Virus record (IMG/VR): IMGVR_UViG_3300011338_000327
Location: 1 to 49,560 of that record
Source: a virus
Taxonomy: Duplodnaviria > Caudoviricetes
DNA: 49,560 bases
Direction: 5' to 3' (one strand)
In this document: positions 27,069-39,632 of the stretch, in pieces
Position numbering within the stretch: position 1 is the first letter of the stretch
Layout: every line of letters begins with the position of its first letter
The notes under the pieces: model-generated
Seen by the model: only the letters and a program-made list of their open reading frames with translations
What the model was told of the DNA's origin: nothing
Database searches by the model: none
Program-made: the position numbers and the translations under genes

Positions 27069-27398
27069 TTATCGCACTGAACCTTGTTCTGCAATAGATT
27101 TCAGAAACTCTTCATCGGTTCCTGCACCTTCTGGCGTCATTGGTGCTTCTGCGCTTTCTGGAGCCATTTCTGGATTGCCGCCTCCCTTTTGCGCATCAAC
27201 ATCAGCCTTGAGTGATTCAAGTCCTCCAGCAAGTTGCGTTACAAGTGCGTAAATGGCATCAAACGCATCTGATGGCATTTGAACCATTACTTGACCGCCT
27301 TGTGGAGCCATGTCTTGTGCTGGTGATGCCATTTCGCCCGGCATAGCGTCTGCTGTTGGTGTAGGAGCCTCAGTTGGAGGCATAGTTTTGTCGGCCAT
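27069..27398 (-). CDS. Acidic Pro/Met-rich hypothetical protein
   Basis: 109-aa ORF in the structural operon. Confidence 0.65.
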   Translation of the reverse strand: MADKTMPPTEAPTPTADAMPGEMASPAQDMAPQGGQVMVQMPSDAFDAIYALVTQLAGGLESLKADVDAQKGGGNPEMAPESAEAPMTPEGAGTDEEFLKSIAEQGSVR

Positions 27399-27409
27399 AA
27401 TTAATATTT

Positions 27410-27799
27410 CTAGTCTTCTTCGTCTTCGTTTTCTTCGGATTCACCAGCAGCGGCTAGTCCCATTTCAATTGCGTCTTCTGGATCTTCCTTTTCTACTGTA
27501 GACTCCATTTTACTAGAACCTTTTGGTTTAATCCCATTGATTTGAAGTTCAACACAATGACGTTTTGTTTCTTTGCCGTCACGGATTAAAGTTTCAACTT
27601 TTTCCATGATTTTCTTAAAATGGATTGTTGCAGTACCTTCTTTTGGTAGGCTTTTAAGTGCATCAGCATTTTCAAAATATAATGATGGATAATGAACGCT
27701 TGGTTCTTTTTCTTCAGATCCAAGCGACATGATATTCAATGATTCTCCAAGATCATAGAATCCATCAGGCATTTCTATTTTTTCTTTAGTGTATGGCAT
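27410..27799 (-). CDS. Acidic hypothetical protein (MPYTKEKIEMPDGFYDLG...)
   Basis: Start reassigned to 27799, just after the upstream stop. Confidence 0.65.
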   Translation of the reverse strand: MPYTKEKIEMPDGFYDLGESLNIMSLGSEEKEPSVHYPSLYFENADALKSLPKEGTATIHFKKIMEKVETLIRDGKETKRHCVELQINGIKPKGSSKMESTVEKEDPEDAIEMGLAAAGESEENEDEED

Positions 27800-27800
27800 A

Positions 27801-28205
27801 TTAATTAAGAATTTCAGGCCAAGTGGCTTTAATTCCAGCCAAATCATTTGGAAGTGGAGTCAAAGTGACATCACGAAGGGCTTGCTTTGCGGTAATGATT
27901 TCAGCTTTCTTTGCTTCCTCGTTAGCCTCAACTGCCTTCATAAAGTCGATGTCGAGCTTTTGAAGTTTCGGTGAACGAGCAGCACGAAATTTATTTAGAT
28001 GAATAACTTTAGCTTTTTCAATATTAATCTTTGCGCCAGTTTCAGCATCAAATTCGTATGCGTTAAAGTATTCGTTATCAATGTCAACTGATTCAATGAT
28101 CTTGTATTCTACTCCTTGCGGGATGTCTTTGATTGCATCATTAACATTTCCTGTGGGTGTTACTACTGCTACTTGTCCGTTTGATTGTGGATAGGTGATT
28201 AACAT
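27801..28205 (-). CDS. Tail fibre assembly chaperone-like protein
   Basis: RAARSPKLQKLDIDFMKA...KQALRDVT...WP; follows a fibre gene. Confidence 0.7.
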   Translation of the reverse strand: MLITYPQSNGQVAVVTPTGNVNDAIKDIPQGVEYKIIESVDIDNEYFNAYEFDAETGAKINIEKAKVIHLNKFRAARSPKLQKLDIDFMKAVEANEEAKKAEIITAKQALRDVTLTPLPNDLAGIKATWPEILN

Positions 28206-28218
28206 AATATTAATAAAA

Positions 28219-28839
28219 TTAGTTTCCTAGAACTTGAATTGAAACATCGCTCATATCTGTGTTGTTTGCGTAGTTTCTTGTTATTACACGAAAAGCAGAT
28301 GTTGTTTTTGTGGTTACTGAAGTAGCAAGGTTGTCTGGAGCCAATCCAATTGACGATGAAAAGTAAGAGTTGCACATACCAGAAAGAGCATAATTTGCAT
28401 CTGCTAATGCACTTGTAAAACTTATAGTATAATCTCCAGTTGCATTTTTAGTAACGCTAGAAACATTGTAATTAGCGCGGATTGTTCCCGGTGATGTAGT
28501 TCCATTAAAATTGACCCATGCTTTGGCTGATGTAGCTCCACCACCGCCTCCAGTTGTTGCAATAGATATATTTGCACTACCATCAAAAGATGCGGAACCA
28601 GTAACGCTTCCAGTTAAAGCAATTGTTCTTGCAGTTTGAAGTGTGGTTGCTGTTGCAGAATTTCCCGTGCAGCTTCCAGCGGTAGTGGCTGTTGTTGCGG
28701 TGCTTGCGTTTCCAGTTAGTGCAGCGGTAATTGTTCCTGCACTAAAGTTTCCGCTTGCATCACGGAGAACAATGGAATTTGCTAAGTTTGTAGTCGATAT
28801 TGGACTTATTACATTTGGAGTTGCTTTTGTTATTGGCAT
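28219..28839 (-). CDS. Tail fibre protein
   Basis: VLRDASGNFSAGTITA, LQTARTI and AKAWVNFNG...YNVSSV...GDY fibre motifs. Confidence 0.8.
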   Translation of the reverse strand: MPITKATPNVISPISTTNLANSIVLRDASGNFSAGTITAALTGNASTATTATTAGSCTGNSATATTLQTARTIALTGSVTGSASFDGSANISIATTGGGGGATSAKAWVNFNGTTSPGTIRANYNVSSVTKNATGDYTISFTSALADANYALSGMCNSYFSSSIGLAPDNLATSVTTKTTSAFRVITRNYANNTDMSDVSIQVLGN

Positions 28840-28858
28840 GATTTTATTTTTTTGATTT

Positions 28859-29977
28859 TTATGCTACAGATAGTGATACAATGTTAATTTCCGAACCAGA
28901 AGGAACGGCAGTTGACATTGTTAGTGTTCTTGGTATCACATTGTTAATTGTATAGTTTGTTGTTTTTTGTAATATTCCATCTATAGAAACTAGGTATGCT
29001 GGTGCTAGTATAGACAAACCGCCAGTAATAGCAAATACTGTTTGTACTCCATCACCAGTGTATGACCATACGTTTCCAAAACTGGTTGGCACACTACCAC
29101 CGGCGGGGCCAGTCGCTCCTTGTAACCCTGTAGCACCTGTTGCTCCAATCCCTGTAGCTCCAGTTGAACCAATTCCAGAAGGCCCAGAAGGCCCTGTAGC
29201 ACCTGTAGAACCTTGAATTCCAATTCCCGTGGCTCCAGTCGATCCAGTCGATCCACTTCCGCTTCCAGATGGGCCAGTTGCTCCTGTCAAGCCAGTGGCT
29301 CCTGTTGGCCCTCCTGATGGCCCTGTAGCACCAGTTAAACCAATCCCAGTAGCCCCCGTTGCACCAGTTAAACCTGTAGATCCATTTGATCCCGTTGATC
29401 CCGTTTCTCCTTTTGTTCCAGTGGCTCCAGTTGATCCAGATCCGCTTCCAGCAGGGCCTTGCAACCCAGTTGCTCCAACAAGTCCATATGCGCTTCCAAT
29501 TGAAACAATAACTAAATTTGATCCATTTGGAACAGGGGAAGATAATTGAATTATTACACCAACAGTTGATGAATTTATTGTATATGTTGCTGGGTCAACA
29601 ACAATCCCATTAATCGTTACAAGATAAGAAGATGGAAATAAAATGTACGCTTCTTCAAGAAAATAAGAAGATTTTGTTCCATTTCCAATAAAATGCCAAG
29701 TTAAAAATGAATTTGTATATTGTGATTGGAAAAATCGCAAAATGTAACAAAGCAATCCTTCTCCCTGTTCTCTTGGAAAGTTTTGAATGTTTGAGGGGTT
29801 TCTTGCTGGATCACAAGGAACACACCAAGCAACTCTACCTGATTTTATTTTCTTTACAATTCCACCATACAAAGAATAAACAAGGTTATCAATAAGCGAA
29901 GGAACGCTTTCATGTGAAACTTGAGGATATGGTGTATCTGTATTGCAGAGACTATTGTTATTATTATTACAAGACAT
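28859..29977 (-). CDS. Collagen-like fibre protein with Cys-rich N-terminus
   Basis: G-A-T/G-S-T triplets between two copies of a W.F/Y.G.G...YLV.I.G....YTIN domain. Confidence 0.8.
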   Translation of the reverse strand: MSCNNNNNSLCNTDTPYPQVSHESVPSLIDNLVYSLYGGIVKKIKSGRVAWCVPCDPARNPSNIQNFPREQGEGLLCYILRFFQSQYTNSFLTWHFIGNGTKSSYFLEEAYILFPSSYLVTINGIVVDPATYTINSSTVGVIIQLSSPVPNGSNLVIVSIGSAYGLVGATGLQGPAGSGSGSTGATGTKGETGSTGSNGSTGLTGATGATGIGLTGATGPSGGPTGATGLTGATGPSGSGSGSTGSTGATGIGIQGSTGATGPSGPSGIGSTGATGIGATGATGLQGATGPAGGSVPTSFGNVWSYTGDGVQTVFAITGGLSILAPAYLVSIDGILQKTTNYTINNVIPRTLTMSTAVPSGSEINIVSLSVA

Positions 29978-29996
29978 TTTGTTATTTTTTAATTAC

Positions 29997-30461
29997 TTAT
30001 AATTGAATTACACACAATGTTGATCCAATTGGAGTAGTAGATATTGTAATTGTTCTTGTAGGAGCATTGTTTATTGTATAGTTTGTTGGAACTTGGAACA
30101 CCCCATCAATACTGACAATATATGAAGCTGAAACAAGACTTCCAATTGTATTTCCTGTCAATGTAAATGTTGTTGTTGTTCCATCTCCAGTAAATGTCCA
30201 AAATACTCCACTTCCACCACCACCTCCACTACTGCCAGCAGGGCCAGTTGCGCCAGTTAAACCAGTTGATCCAGTTGCTCCAGTTAAACCAACTCCAGTA
30301 GCTCCAGTAGCTCCACCTCCCGGCCCCGTTTCTCCTTTTGGCCCAGTCGCGCCAGTAGGGCCACCAGATGGGCCAGTTGCACCTTTCGGCCCAGTAGCTC
30401 CAGTAGCCCCAATGTCATCAAAGCAGTTATTTACATAATTTTCGTTACATCCACAAGCCAT
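29997..30461 (-). CDS. Short collagen-like fibre protein
   Basis: MACGC start, GAT repeats, same C-terminal domain as its neighbours. Confidence 0.8.
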   Translation of the reverse strand: MACGCNENYVNNCFDDIGATGATGPKGATGPSGGPTGATGPKGETGPGGGATGATGVGLTGATGSTGLTGATGPAGSSGGGGGSGVFWTFTGDGTTTTFTLTGNTIGSLVSASYIVSIDGVFQVPTNYTINNAPTRTITISTTPIGSTLCVIQL

Positions 30462-30518
30462 AAGTTTTTATTGTTACTTTTTTGTTTTATGTCAAATGAT
30501 ATTTTTAATTCAAGTGTT

Positions 30519-32465
<1,947 letters not shown>

Positions 32466-32479
32466 AAAATATCTTGTGG

Positions 32480-32509
32480 AAAGTAATGGATTGGATTGTT
32501 CATTGTCAA
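32480..32509 (-). promoter_or_regulatory. Putative promoter TTGACA-18-TACTTT
   Basis: Perfect -35 box in the intergenic gap before the fibre operon. Confidence 0.4.
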
Positions 32510-32515
32510 ATAAAA

Positions 32516-32785
32516 TTAAAAAACCTGTTTCATTTTGACGTAAATATCGTCAATTAGAGAACCTAATTCCTCAATAGCTTCCTCACTGAAATCTGGAAGT
32601 CTTGCGTGTAGCACTTCATGCGACAATACATTAAGAAGAGAGCTTTCTGAGTTTCTATTGATGGTAATTTTACGTTTTTCGTAGTCACAGCAGCCATCGT
32701 CGATAATTCCGTTGGTTTTACCCGGAATACCATAGGTAATAGTCCATAATTGCCCGTTAATTCTTACTTTTAGACTTTTTTTCAT
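32516..32785 (-). CDS. Small zincin-like metallopeptidase-motif protein
   Basis: [13 protein letters not shown]...VLSHEVLHA (HExxH)...E. Confidence 0.7.
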   Translation of the reverse strand: MKKSLKVRINGQLWTITYGIPGKTNGIIDDGCCDYEKRKITINRNSESSLLNVLSHEVLHARLPDFSEEAIEELGSLIDDIYVKMKQVF

Positions 32786-33020
32786 CTTTGAAGTAATAGT
32801 GAGGCACTGGTTTCATCGTTCCGTTCATGTCTGGAATATAAAATGTCTTTTTTTCAATCAAACCAAGTTTAATTCCTTTTGAAAGCCTATTCCAACAGAT
32901 TGTTTTTTTGACATTCCACATTTTTTCCAATTGATCTCTGGAATACCAGTCATTCGGTGGTGGATCGGTTGGTTTGTTGGTTGCATTAAGGAGAATCTTT
33001 AAAAAATCATTAGGAGTCAT
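32757..33020 (-). CDS. Hypothetical protein, possibly winged-HTH
   Basis: Start reassigned to MTPNDF (ATGA coupling with the upstream gene). Confidence 0.6.
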   Translation of the reverse strand: MTPNDFLKILLNATNKPTDPPPNDWYSRDQLEKMWNVKKTICWNRLSKGIKLGLIEKKTFYIPDMNGTMKPVPHYYFKDEKKSKSKN

Positions 33021-33763
33021 GGAAGTCTCCATATCTGACCTTGTTCGCGTGACGTAATGTGGAGTGAAGACTGGTTAAGTTCTTCACAATACTCTCCCCA
33101 TAAAAATCCATTCGTCCAAGCAAGCGTAGCCCGGCGTGTTTTTGCGTATTCCATTGATGATCTTTTTGTCAAAGACCCAATATTGTATCCAGTTCCACCA
33201 ACAAGATTGCGTCCAGATTGCATTGCAACCTTATGCGTATGCCCAAACACAATTTTACGCCTAGTTCCATTGCAGAATGCCTCTGCGGTGTCTCTAGCAG
33301 CCATTTCGTTGTAAAGAACGCCATGCTGAAATCCAATATCAGCTAGGTTATACATTTGAAACACGCCATCCCACGGCAAAAGTGGAGCTTTAAGTTTTTT
33401 ACAGCATTCCTCAATAGCCTCAACGATTTTGTATGCCGCATGAGCTACAACAGCGTTATTACTAGATTGCAGTCGCCAAGCTCGATCTTCATGGTTTCCG
33501 CATAGAACTACATTAGCACCTAGCATTTTTAAGTGCATTAAACCTGTGTCAATATCAGGAATCAATGGTTCAGCTTCACTTGATCCTTTTGCACCAGACA
33601 TTAGACTTGTTAAATCAACAAAATCACCAAGATGAATTGTGCTATGTGGTTTAAAATCTTTTTTGAATTTTAAAACAGCGTCTAATGATTCTTTGTCGCA
33701 ATATTTCGCATGACTGCACGAAACTGCTAGGACTTTCTTCCATTTATGTATAATATTTGCCAT
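33017..33763 (-). CDS. Calcineurin-like metallophosphoesterase
   Basis: SCSH, HLGDFVD, GNHE, QHG, FGHTH motifs. Confidence 0.85.
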   Translation of the reverse strand: MANIIHKWKKVLAVSCSHAKYCDKESLDAVLKFKKDFKPHSTIHLGDFVDLTSLMSGAKGSSEAEPLIPDIDTGLMHLKMLGANVVLCGNHEDRAWRLQSSNNAVVAHAAYKIVEAIEECCKKLKAPLLPWDGVFQMYNLADIGFQHGVLYNEMAARDTAEAFCNGTRRKIVFGHTHKVAMQSGRNLVGGTGYNIGSLTKRSSMEYAKTRRATLAWTNGFLWGEYCEELNQSSLHITSREQGQIWRLP

Positions 33764-33765
33764 AT

Positions 33766-34284
33766 TTATTTAGCTGTCGATGGATGTATGCGGATAAAAT
33801 CTTTCACAAGTGATTTCTTGCGAATTTTCCTCCATACTCCATCACCTGACTCAGAGTCTCTGCTTCCACTGCCATTGGTGTTTCCTTCGATAGTCACAAT
33901 ATGATCGCCACAATCTTCAAGAACAATTCCTGTATGCGAAAAATCAAAGGTAACAATGTCTCCAGCAACTGCTCTATCTTTTTCATCGTAAATGCTAGTC
34001 GTATTTGGCCTTTTCTTTGCCCAATATGTTAGACCATACGCTAACGCTGTTGTAGGCCTCCATTGGTCAGCAGTGCGGTTTTTAAGTCCTAACCATGCGA
34101 CAACCTCTTTGTCTTTTAGCCATTCACGAATAGACCAATCAACGAATGCTGCACACCAACTCCACGGAGCCGGGTCAAGCTCAGTTGCGGATTGGTATTC
34201 ACGAATACGTTTCCCGCAATTATTACCACCAGTTTCTTGCACCCCGATTTCGCGAGATGCAATCACGGTTAGCTTATAAAGCAT
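33766..34284 (-). CDS. Endolysin, CHAP-domain amidase/peptidase
   Basis: WCAAFV, GDIV.F..SHTGIV, TIEGNT. Confidence 0.85.
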   Translation of the reverse strand: MLYKLTVIASREIGVQETGGNNCGKRIREYQSATELDPAPWSWCAAFVDWSIREWLKDKEVVAWLGLKNRTADQWRPTTALAYGLTYWAKKRPNTTSIYDEKDRAVAGDIVTFDFSHTGIVLEDCGDHIVTIEGNTNGSGSRDSESGDGVWRKIRKKSLVKDFIRIHPSTAK

Positions 34285-34460
34285 TACTTCTTTTCTTTGC
34301 GAAATACGTTAATAGCTCCTACAACCGCCATAGATGCTGCCGCGATAGCATTGGCCTGTTCAGGAGCAACGGCAATACCAAGTCCACCAAGAAGAAAAAT
34401 CGCACCGCGATAGGTTGACGATTCCGAGAGACGAGCCAAGATGTAATCTACAATTTTCAT
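34284..34460 (-). CDS. Putative holin (58 aa)
   Basis: Hand translation MKIVDYILARLSESSTYRGAIFLLGGLGIAVAPEQANAIAAASMAVVGAINVFRKEKK; hydrophobic segments, basic tail, adjacent to the endolysin. Confidence 0.7.
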   Translation of the reverse strand: MKIVDYILARLSESSTYRGAIFLLGGLGIAVAPEQANAIAAASMAVVGAINVFRKEKK

Positions 34461-34651
34461 TTGTCTTTATATAATTTAGGTTGCGGAATAATAGGATTAA
34501 ACCAATCGAGTTGGTCGTTTGGTATGTATCTAATTTTTATTCCAATTTCTACTTTTCCATAGTCTCCCATTTTGTCTCCACTTGGAGGAATGGGAATTGA
34601 TATGCAGCTTGTTAATACAAGGCATACAACCAATGTGAGTGGAATTCTCAT
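34457..34651 (-). CDS. Small lipoprotein, possible spanin
   Basis: Signal peptide with LTSC lipobox, Pro-rich; in the lysis cassette. Confidence 0.6.
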   Translation of the reverse strand: MRIPLTLVVCLVLTSCISIPIPPSGDKMGDYGKVEIGIKIRYIPNDQLDWFNPIIPQPKLYKDK

Positions 34652-34664
34652 TATAGGTCAAGTG

Positions 34665-34844
34665 TTATTTGAAGTTCTTGATTTTTTTTAACATATAAAT
34701 GCAAGTCAATACACCTGCAATTACTGATACGAATGCACCAAATGTCCTGATCGTTGCATCAATTTCTGGAAGTATTGAAACAAAAAACCCACTGCTGGAT
34801 ATTACAGTTCCTATAATGCCATTTAAAGTCGTGTTATCATTCAT
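34665..34844 (-). CDS. Two-TM small membrane protein (holin/antiholin-like, 59 aa)
   Basis: Hand translation MNDNTTLNGIIGTVISSSGFFVSIL...FVSVIAGVLTCIYMLKKIKNFK. Confidence 0.6.
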   Translation of the reverse strand: MNDNTTLNGIIGTVISSSGFFVSILPEIDATIRTFGAFVSVIAGVLTCIYMLKKIKNFK

Positions 34845-34847
34845 AAA

Positions 34848-37094
34848 TTACACTGTTGGTCGTGTTGTTTTATATGGATGTCCGGCTGGAAGTAAAGAAA
34901 CTAAATTCCATTTCCACGCTAAATATCCTTCCATTTTTTGCCTGTCAGTTGTTGTTAAAGTTGAGCCATAAGAAACTATTTCGCATACAACACCATCCCA
35001 TGGAGAAGCAATTTCACGCAATGTTCCAATTCCATATCCACCAACAGAAACTGTGCTAGTTGCGTTTGACGAAATAAATCCAAGCGATGTGTTAAGTTGA
35101 GGAAGAACTGTCCGACTATTTAAATCGGCGGAGACTTGCGTTGCATTTAGGAAAAATGGCCCGTTCAAGTATGAGTTTGCTGTCCATGCTTGTGTAACTC
35201 CAGTTGCAAAGAAACAGTTTCCATTTGCGTTTCCTCCGCTAATTGCAGCAGAGAACAATGTGCAGAACCCAGTAGAAGCAGAGAAAAATGCTGTACCAAG
35301 CTCATATTTGCAGACAATAAATACATTCCTAAAATCTCTAACTGTAAGTTTGTCTGTTGAGAATAAACGCTTACTTCCCGTAAAACGGATTGCGTTCAAT
35401 CCATCAATTGTAGTGAACGCTGGTTCTTCGCCAGAATTAGGAATAGCATGGTTTGCCAAGCTAGATTTATCACGCCATTGAGTAATAAGTCCGCTGTTAA
35501 TTGTTAGCACATTGGGGTCTGCTGCATCAAGCCACAAGTTCATTGTTGCGCTTGCATTTGTAGGACTCCAGTAAGTCACTGGAAGTGGAACTGCATTTCC
35601 AAGAGAAGATGGAATAAATGCGGCTTGCTTTGAGCATACAACGATGGTGTTTGTATAGGTTATTTGAGCGTAAGCAAAAACATAACCATTGATGTTATTG
35701 CATGGTGTTTGTGCGCTCCAAGTGCCATTCCCGTTGTTCGTTGTTGTAGCTGCAATCCATGTTCTATTTTGCCAATCCGCTGTTTCAAGAGCATACCAAA
35801 TCTGAACGGATGAAATATTTGCAGTATCGGATGGTGCAACAGTCACCATTGGGTATCCAGCATTTGCGCCAGACGGAACAAGACTAGGAACAGTATTAGG
35901 ATTACTAGGCCAAGTAGCAATTGTTCCTTTTAGTTTGTGATCAAACCAAAGCTGAACATTTTGATCTATTCCAGTAAGAACATGATTTGCGTTTGCACAA
36001 AAAGCATAACTTCCAGCTACTGGTGTTATTTCAAAATTACGAAATCCTCTATCAAGATTTCCATGAAAATCATTTGTTGCCGTTAGCCAAAGAACAGGTG
36101 CTTTTACATATTTTGCGTATGCTTGTGATTCAAGAGTAGAAATATAATAATTGTTACCTTCAACAAATGTCGGTTCTACATACGGCAATGCGTATGGTAA
36201 AACGCCAAATGTTTTCCAATAATGAATCCACCCATTTCCAAAAGCAGCAATAACGGCTTTAATATCTGGCTCAATAGCCATGCTCCATGCAATATTCCCT
36301 CCCCATGAATTTCCGTAGAATCCAATTTTTGTTGGGTCAATGTCAACAGTTAGAGATTTTACATAAGCGAGAACCCTGCGTGGCATTGCATACCAATAAT
36401 ACATATCTTGGTTGCGGACATCATTGATTGTTGCAACTGATACTTGACTTGAATAGTTGGCATTAGGATTTACATATTGGTTCAACCTGCTCAATGCAGA
36501 TGGATAAACTGTCATTAAGTTTGCTGGGTATGCAGGAATTGTTCCTCCAGCAGTTCCGCGCCAATCATATTGAATTACTGCATATCCAAGATTTGCATAT
36601 GAAGTAAAATCTTGAACTCCTGCCCACCATCCATTAGTCCAAATAAAACATGGCAAATTTCCTTGCCCTTGTAATGTATCTTTGACTTGATATTTTATGT
36701 ATATTCTAATTATTTGTCCATTGATTGGCATATCAATGAATGAATTTTCTGTTAGAATATGATTTACTGTTACAGATGAAATTACAGTTTTGTTAAATGC
36801 TCCAATGGACGGATCATAATTATTATATTTTGATCCAACAGTCCAAATTGAATTTGCATCTGGAGTTACTTCGGTATTGGTATCAGCGCGATACCAAGTG
36901 TTATCTTTTGGATAAACTATAGACTGACTATTATTTCCCTGTTTACCAAATCCAGTTGCATTTGGACTGTATGCAGTCGTTCCATCAGGAAGATTTGTTG
37001 GAAGATCATTTACAGAGGCATTTATTACTGGTATTGCTGATTGACTCTTATAGAAATCAAGTTTTCCAGTTATTGGGTTTAATGTATATGGCAT
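34848..37094 (-). CDS. Virion spike with alpha/beta-hydrolase (carbohydrate esterase-like) domain and C-terminal lectin-like domain
   Basis: Start MPYTLNPITGKLDF; GFYGNSWGG nucleophile elbow, TNDFHG, NANH; C-terminal LWLDAAD...QWRDKS...EGYLAWKW domain. Confidence 0.75.
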   Translation of the reverse strand: MPYTLNPITGKLDFYKSQSAIPVINASVNDLPTNLPDGTTAYSPNATGFGKQGNNSQSIVYPKDNTWYRADTNTEVTPDANSIWTVGSKYNNYDPSIGAFNKTVISSVTVNHILTENSFIDMPINGQIIRIYIKYQVKDTLQGQGNLPCFIWTNGWWAGVQDFTSYANLGYAVIQYDWRGTAGGTIPAYPANLMTVYPSALSRLNQYVNPNANYSSQVSVATINDVRNQDMYYWYAMPRRVLAYVKSLTVDIDPTKIGFYGNSWGGNIAWSMAIEPDIKAVIAAFGNGWIHYWKTFGVLPYALPYVEPTFVEGNNYYISTLESQAYAKYVKAPVLWLTATNDFHGNLDRGFRNFEITPVAGSYAFCANANHVLTGIDQNVQLWFDHKLKGTIATWPSNPNTVPSLVPSGANAGYPMVTVAPSDTANISSVQIWYALETADWQNRTWIAATTTNNGNGTWSAQTPCNNINGYVFAYAQITYTNTIVVCSKQAAFIPSSLGNAVPLPVTYWSPTNASATMNLWLDAADPNVLTINSGLITQWRDKSSLANHAIPNSGEEPAFTTIDGLNAIRFTGSKRLFSTDKLTVRDFRNVFIVCKYELGTAFFSASTGFCTLFSAAISGGNANGNCFFATGVTQAWTANSYLNGPFFLNATQVSADLNSRTVLPQLNTSLGFISSNATSTVSVGGYGIGTLREIASPWDGVVCEIVSYGSTLTTTDRQKMEGYLAWKWNLVSLLPAGHPYKTTRPTV

Positions 37095-37096
37095 TA

Positions 37097-39283
37097 TTAA
37101 AAATATGTCGTTACGATTACAATGCCTTGTGCGCCATTTCCACCAGCACCAGAAAAGAATGCAGCGTTTTGTGTTCCTTGGCAACCTCCTCCGCCACCGC
37201 CACCACCATAGAGTCCTCCATTACCACCCGCTCCTGCGCTCTTTGTGTATGCGCCAACTCCACCAGAACCTCCACCTCCTGCGTGAATGTAGCTTCCCAT
37301 GCTAGTTCCAGTTGTTCCACTCGTGCCTTCTACACCAGAAGATTGAGATTGACCTCCAGTTGGATTATTTCCTACAACCCATTGACCATTACCTCCGTTG
37401 AAAAAAGACGTTGAGTTTGCTCCTCCTCCACCGCCACCACCAGTAGCAGATATAAAAGATAATGAACTCCCAGCACCAGCAGCAGCTCCGCCTCCAGCCC
37501 CGCCAGTACTTCCAGAATTTACGTTTCTTGCGCTTCCTGATCCGGGGACTCCATTAGTTCCATTACCGCCACCGCCACCGCCAGCAAAGCACCATGGATT
37601 AAAAGTATTTCCGCTAATTGCGCCAAACAAAGAATTGAATCCATCACCACCCCAAATGTGGTTAGAGTTTGCTAGATTAGTAGCGGTTCCGCCTATTCCT
37701 TCGATTCCAACAATAACTGGTTCAGTTGCTGAAAGAAAAGATGCAGGTATTTGAGTTCTGAATGTTAATCCACCTCCAGCACCTCCGCCTCCACCATAGA
37801 TTCCTGCACTAACGCGCCCACTAGAACCGCCACCACCGCCAGCAATACAAAGAACATCAACTGATTTTGCACCAGTTGGTTTTGTCCATGTATATGAATT
37901 TGTTGAAAAGTGGATTGTGTTCGCAATATTACGATCCGAATAATTTAATGTTGCATTGCTTGAAACAGTAATCGTAGTTCCAGCAATGTTTGTGATTGTT
38001 GTTTGAACTCCACTTGTTTGCGCTGGTAAAAATGGTGCTGAAATAGCCATACCAACTACCATATTTGCATTACTGGCTACAGTAATTGTAGGACTGCCAG
38101 AAGTGAATGCAGTTGCGGTTGTGCTATACAATGTTCCGCGAGTGAAAACTTGAACATCAGTTGGGGTTGCTGTTCCAGCCGGGCCAGTTGCGCCCGTTGA
38201 TCCGTTTGTTCCTGCAACGCCTGTCGCTCCTGTAGCTCCAGAACCTGTTGCTCCAGTTGCTCCTGTACTTCCGTTACTTCCAGCAACTCCTGTTGCCCCT
38301 GTTGCGCCTGTTGGGCCAAGCTGGTTATACATCACTTGCATAACAGTGATGATTACCGATGGAATTGAAGGGGCTGGAGCAATCGATGTATTATGATCAA
38401 TGCTGATATTCGTGTTATCAGTTGACCACATAATTTGGAAATAATCTCCAGCAGCAAAATTATCCATGAAATCCCAAGCTGGAACTACATAAGGATTGTT
38501 TGTTGGAATAGAAATGCGGGTTGCAGAATCTGGAATATCTACACCATTTTTTCGGAACCATATTTGAACAGTATTTCCAGAACCTCCACCGCCATTGTTG
38601 TGGAATTGTGCGGAGAATTGAATGTCGTATGTTCCATCAACAGTAAATGTAATTTGCGATCCGCTTACAACCGATACGCCACGTTCGCCAACGATACTAT
38701 TTAGCGTCATTGGATAGGCAGTACTTACTGATGCTGCTACTTGATCAACATTAGAGTAGTACGATCCATAATATCCAGATGCTCCTCCAGCACCAGTGAG
38801 GCCAGTGGCTCCTGTAGCTCCCGATCCTGCTGGGCCAGTTGCGCCTGTGCTGCCTTGAGTCCCAACTCCAGTACTTCCTGTAGATCCTTGAGTTCCAATT
38901 CCAGTAGCTCCTGTAGAACCTTGAGTTCCAATTCCTGTGGCTCCTGTAGATCCTTGTAATCCTGTAGCTCCTGTAGCTCCTGTTGAACCTTGAATTCCTA
39001 TTCCAGTAGCTCCTGTAGAACCTTGAGAACCTACACCTGTAGCTCCTGTGCTTCCTTGAATTCCAATACCTGTAGCTCCAGTGGCTCCACTGTTCCCAAC
39101 AACTCCAGTTGCACCTGTAGCACCAGTTAATCCAATACCTGTTGCTCCTGTAGATCCAATTACGCCAGTAGCTCCTGTTGGCCCTCCAGATGGGCCTGTA
39201 GCTCCTGTTGCTCCCATGCTTGCAGTTGAGCTTACTCCAGTAAAATCCAATTTACCAGTGAACGGATTGAATTTTAGGCCCAT
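37097..39283 (-). CDS. Collagen-like fibre with BclA-C/C1q-like and Gly-rich domains
   Basis: GATG repeats; YGSYYS...[11 protein letters not shown] domain; [21 protein letters not shown] Gly-rich C-terminal domain. Confidence 0.8.
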   Translation of the reverse strand: MGLKFNPFTGKLDFTGVSSTASMGATGATGPSGGPTGATGVIGSTGATGIGLTGATGATGVVGNSGATGATGIGIQGSTGATGVGSQGSTGATGIGIQGSTGATGATGLQGSTGATGIGTQGSTGATGIGTQGSTGSTGVGTQGSTGATGPAGSGATGATGLTGAGGASGYYGSYYSNVDQVAASVSTAYPMTLNSIVGERGVSVVSGSQITFTVDGTYDIQFSAQFHNNGGGGSGNTVQIWFRKNGVDIPDSATRISIPTNNPYVVPAWDFMDNFAAGDYFQIMWSTDNTNISIDHNTSIAPAPSIPSVIITVMQVMYNQLGPTGATGATGVAGSNGSTGATGATGSGATGATGVAGTNGSTGATGPAGTATPTDVQVFTRGTLYSTTATAFTSGSPTITVASNANMVVGMAISAPFLPAQTSGVQTTITNIAGTTITVSSNATLNYSDRNIANTIHFSTNSYTWTKPTGAKSVDVLCIAGGGGGSSGRVSAGIYGGGGGAGGGLTFRTQIPASFLSATEPVIVGIEGIGGTATNLANSNHIWGGDGFNSLFGAISGNTFNPWCFAGGGGGGNGTNGVPGSGSARNVNSGSTGGAGGGAAAGAGSSLSFISATGGGGGGGANSTSFFNGGNGQWVVGNNPTGGQSQSSGVEGTSGTTGTSMGSYIHAGGGGSGGVGAYTKSAGAGGNGGLYGGGGGGGGCQGTQNAAFFSGAGGNGAQGIVIVTTYF

Positions 39284-39287
39284 AATA

Positions 39288-39560
39288 TTAAGAAATTGTT
39301 ACATTAACAAGATTTGCGTCATTGGAAACTGGAGGCTGAACGGAATACGTCAACGTAAGTGTTGCAACTACAACCGATGCTTTGCTGTAAACCACAGTAG
39401 CGATATTGTTTGTTGTTCCATAGTAAGTCAAAGAAAGTTCGTCGTATTCAGGAATTGCAAACCCTTGCAGACTTGCAAGTGCAGTTTCGATTGAATTTAC
39501 TCCATCAAGAACAAGGTGACGGAATTTTGCTGTGTCGAGAATTGAAGGGATGTTTTCCAT
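39288..39560 (-). CDS. Small putative structural protein
   Basis: 90 aa, [11 protein letters not shown]...VATLTLTY; directly after the capsid gene. Confidence 0.65.
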   Translation of the reverse strand: MENIPSILDTAKFRHLVLDGVNSIETALASLQGFAIPEYDELSLTYYGTTNNIATVVYSKASVVVATLTLTYSVQPPVSNDANLVNVTIS

Positions 39561-39587
39561 AGGTTTTTTAATTAAATAAGCTAATTA

Positions 39588-39615
39588 GGTGCGGCTAGTA
39601 TTACCTAACCGCACC
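39588..39615 (-). terminator. Hairpin after the major capsid gene (weak terminator or mRNA stabiliser)
   Basis: GGTGCGG/CCGCACC stem; only an AU-rich, not poly-U, tail. Confidence 0.45.
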
Positions 39616-39632
39616 GATATTAACTTACCTTA

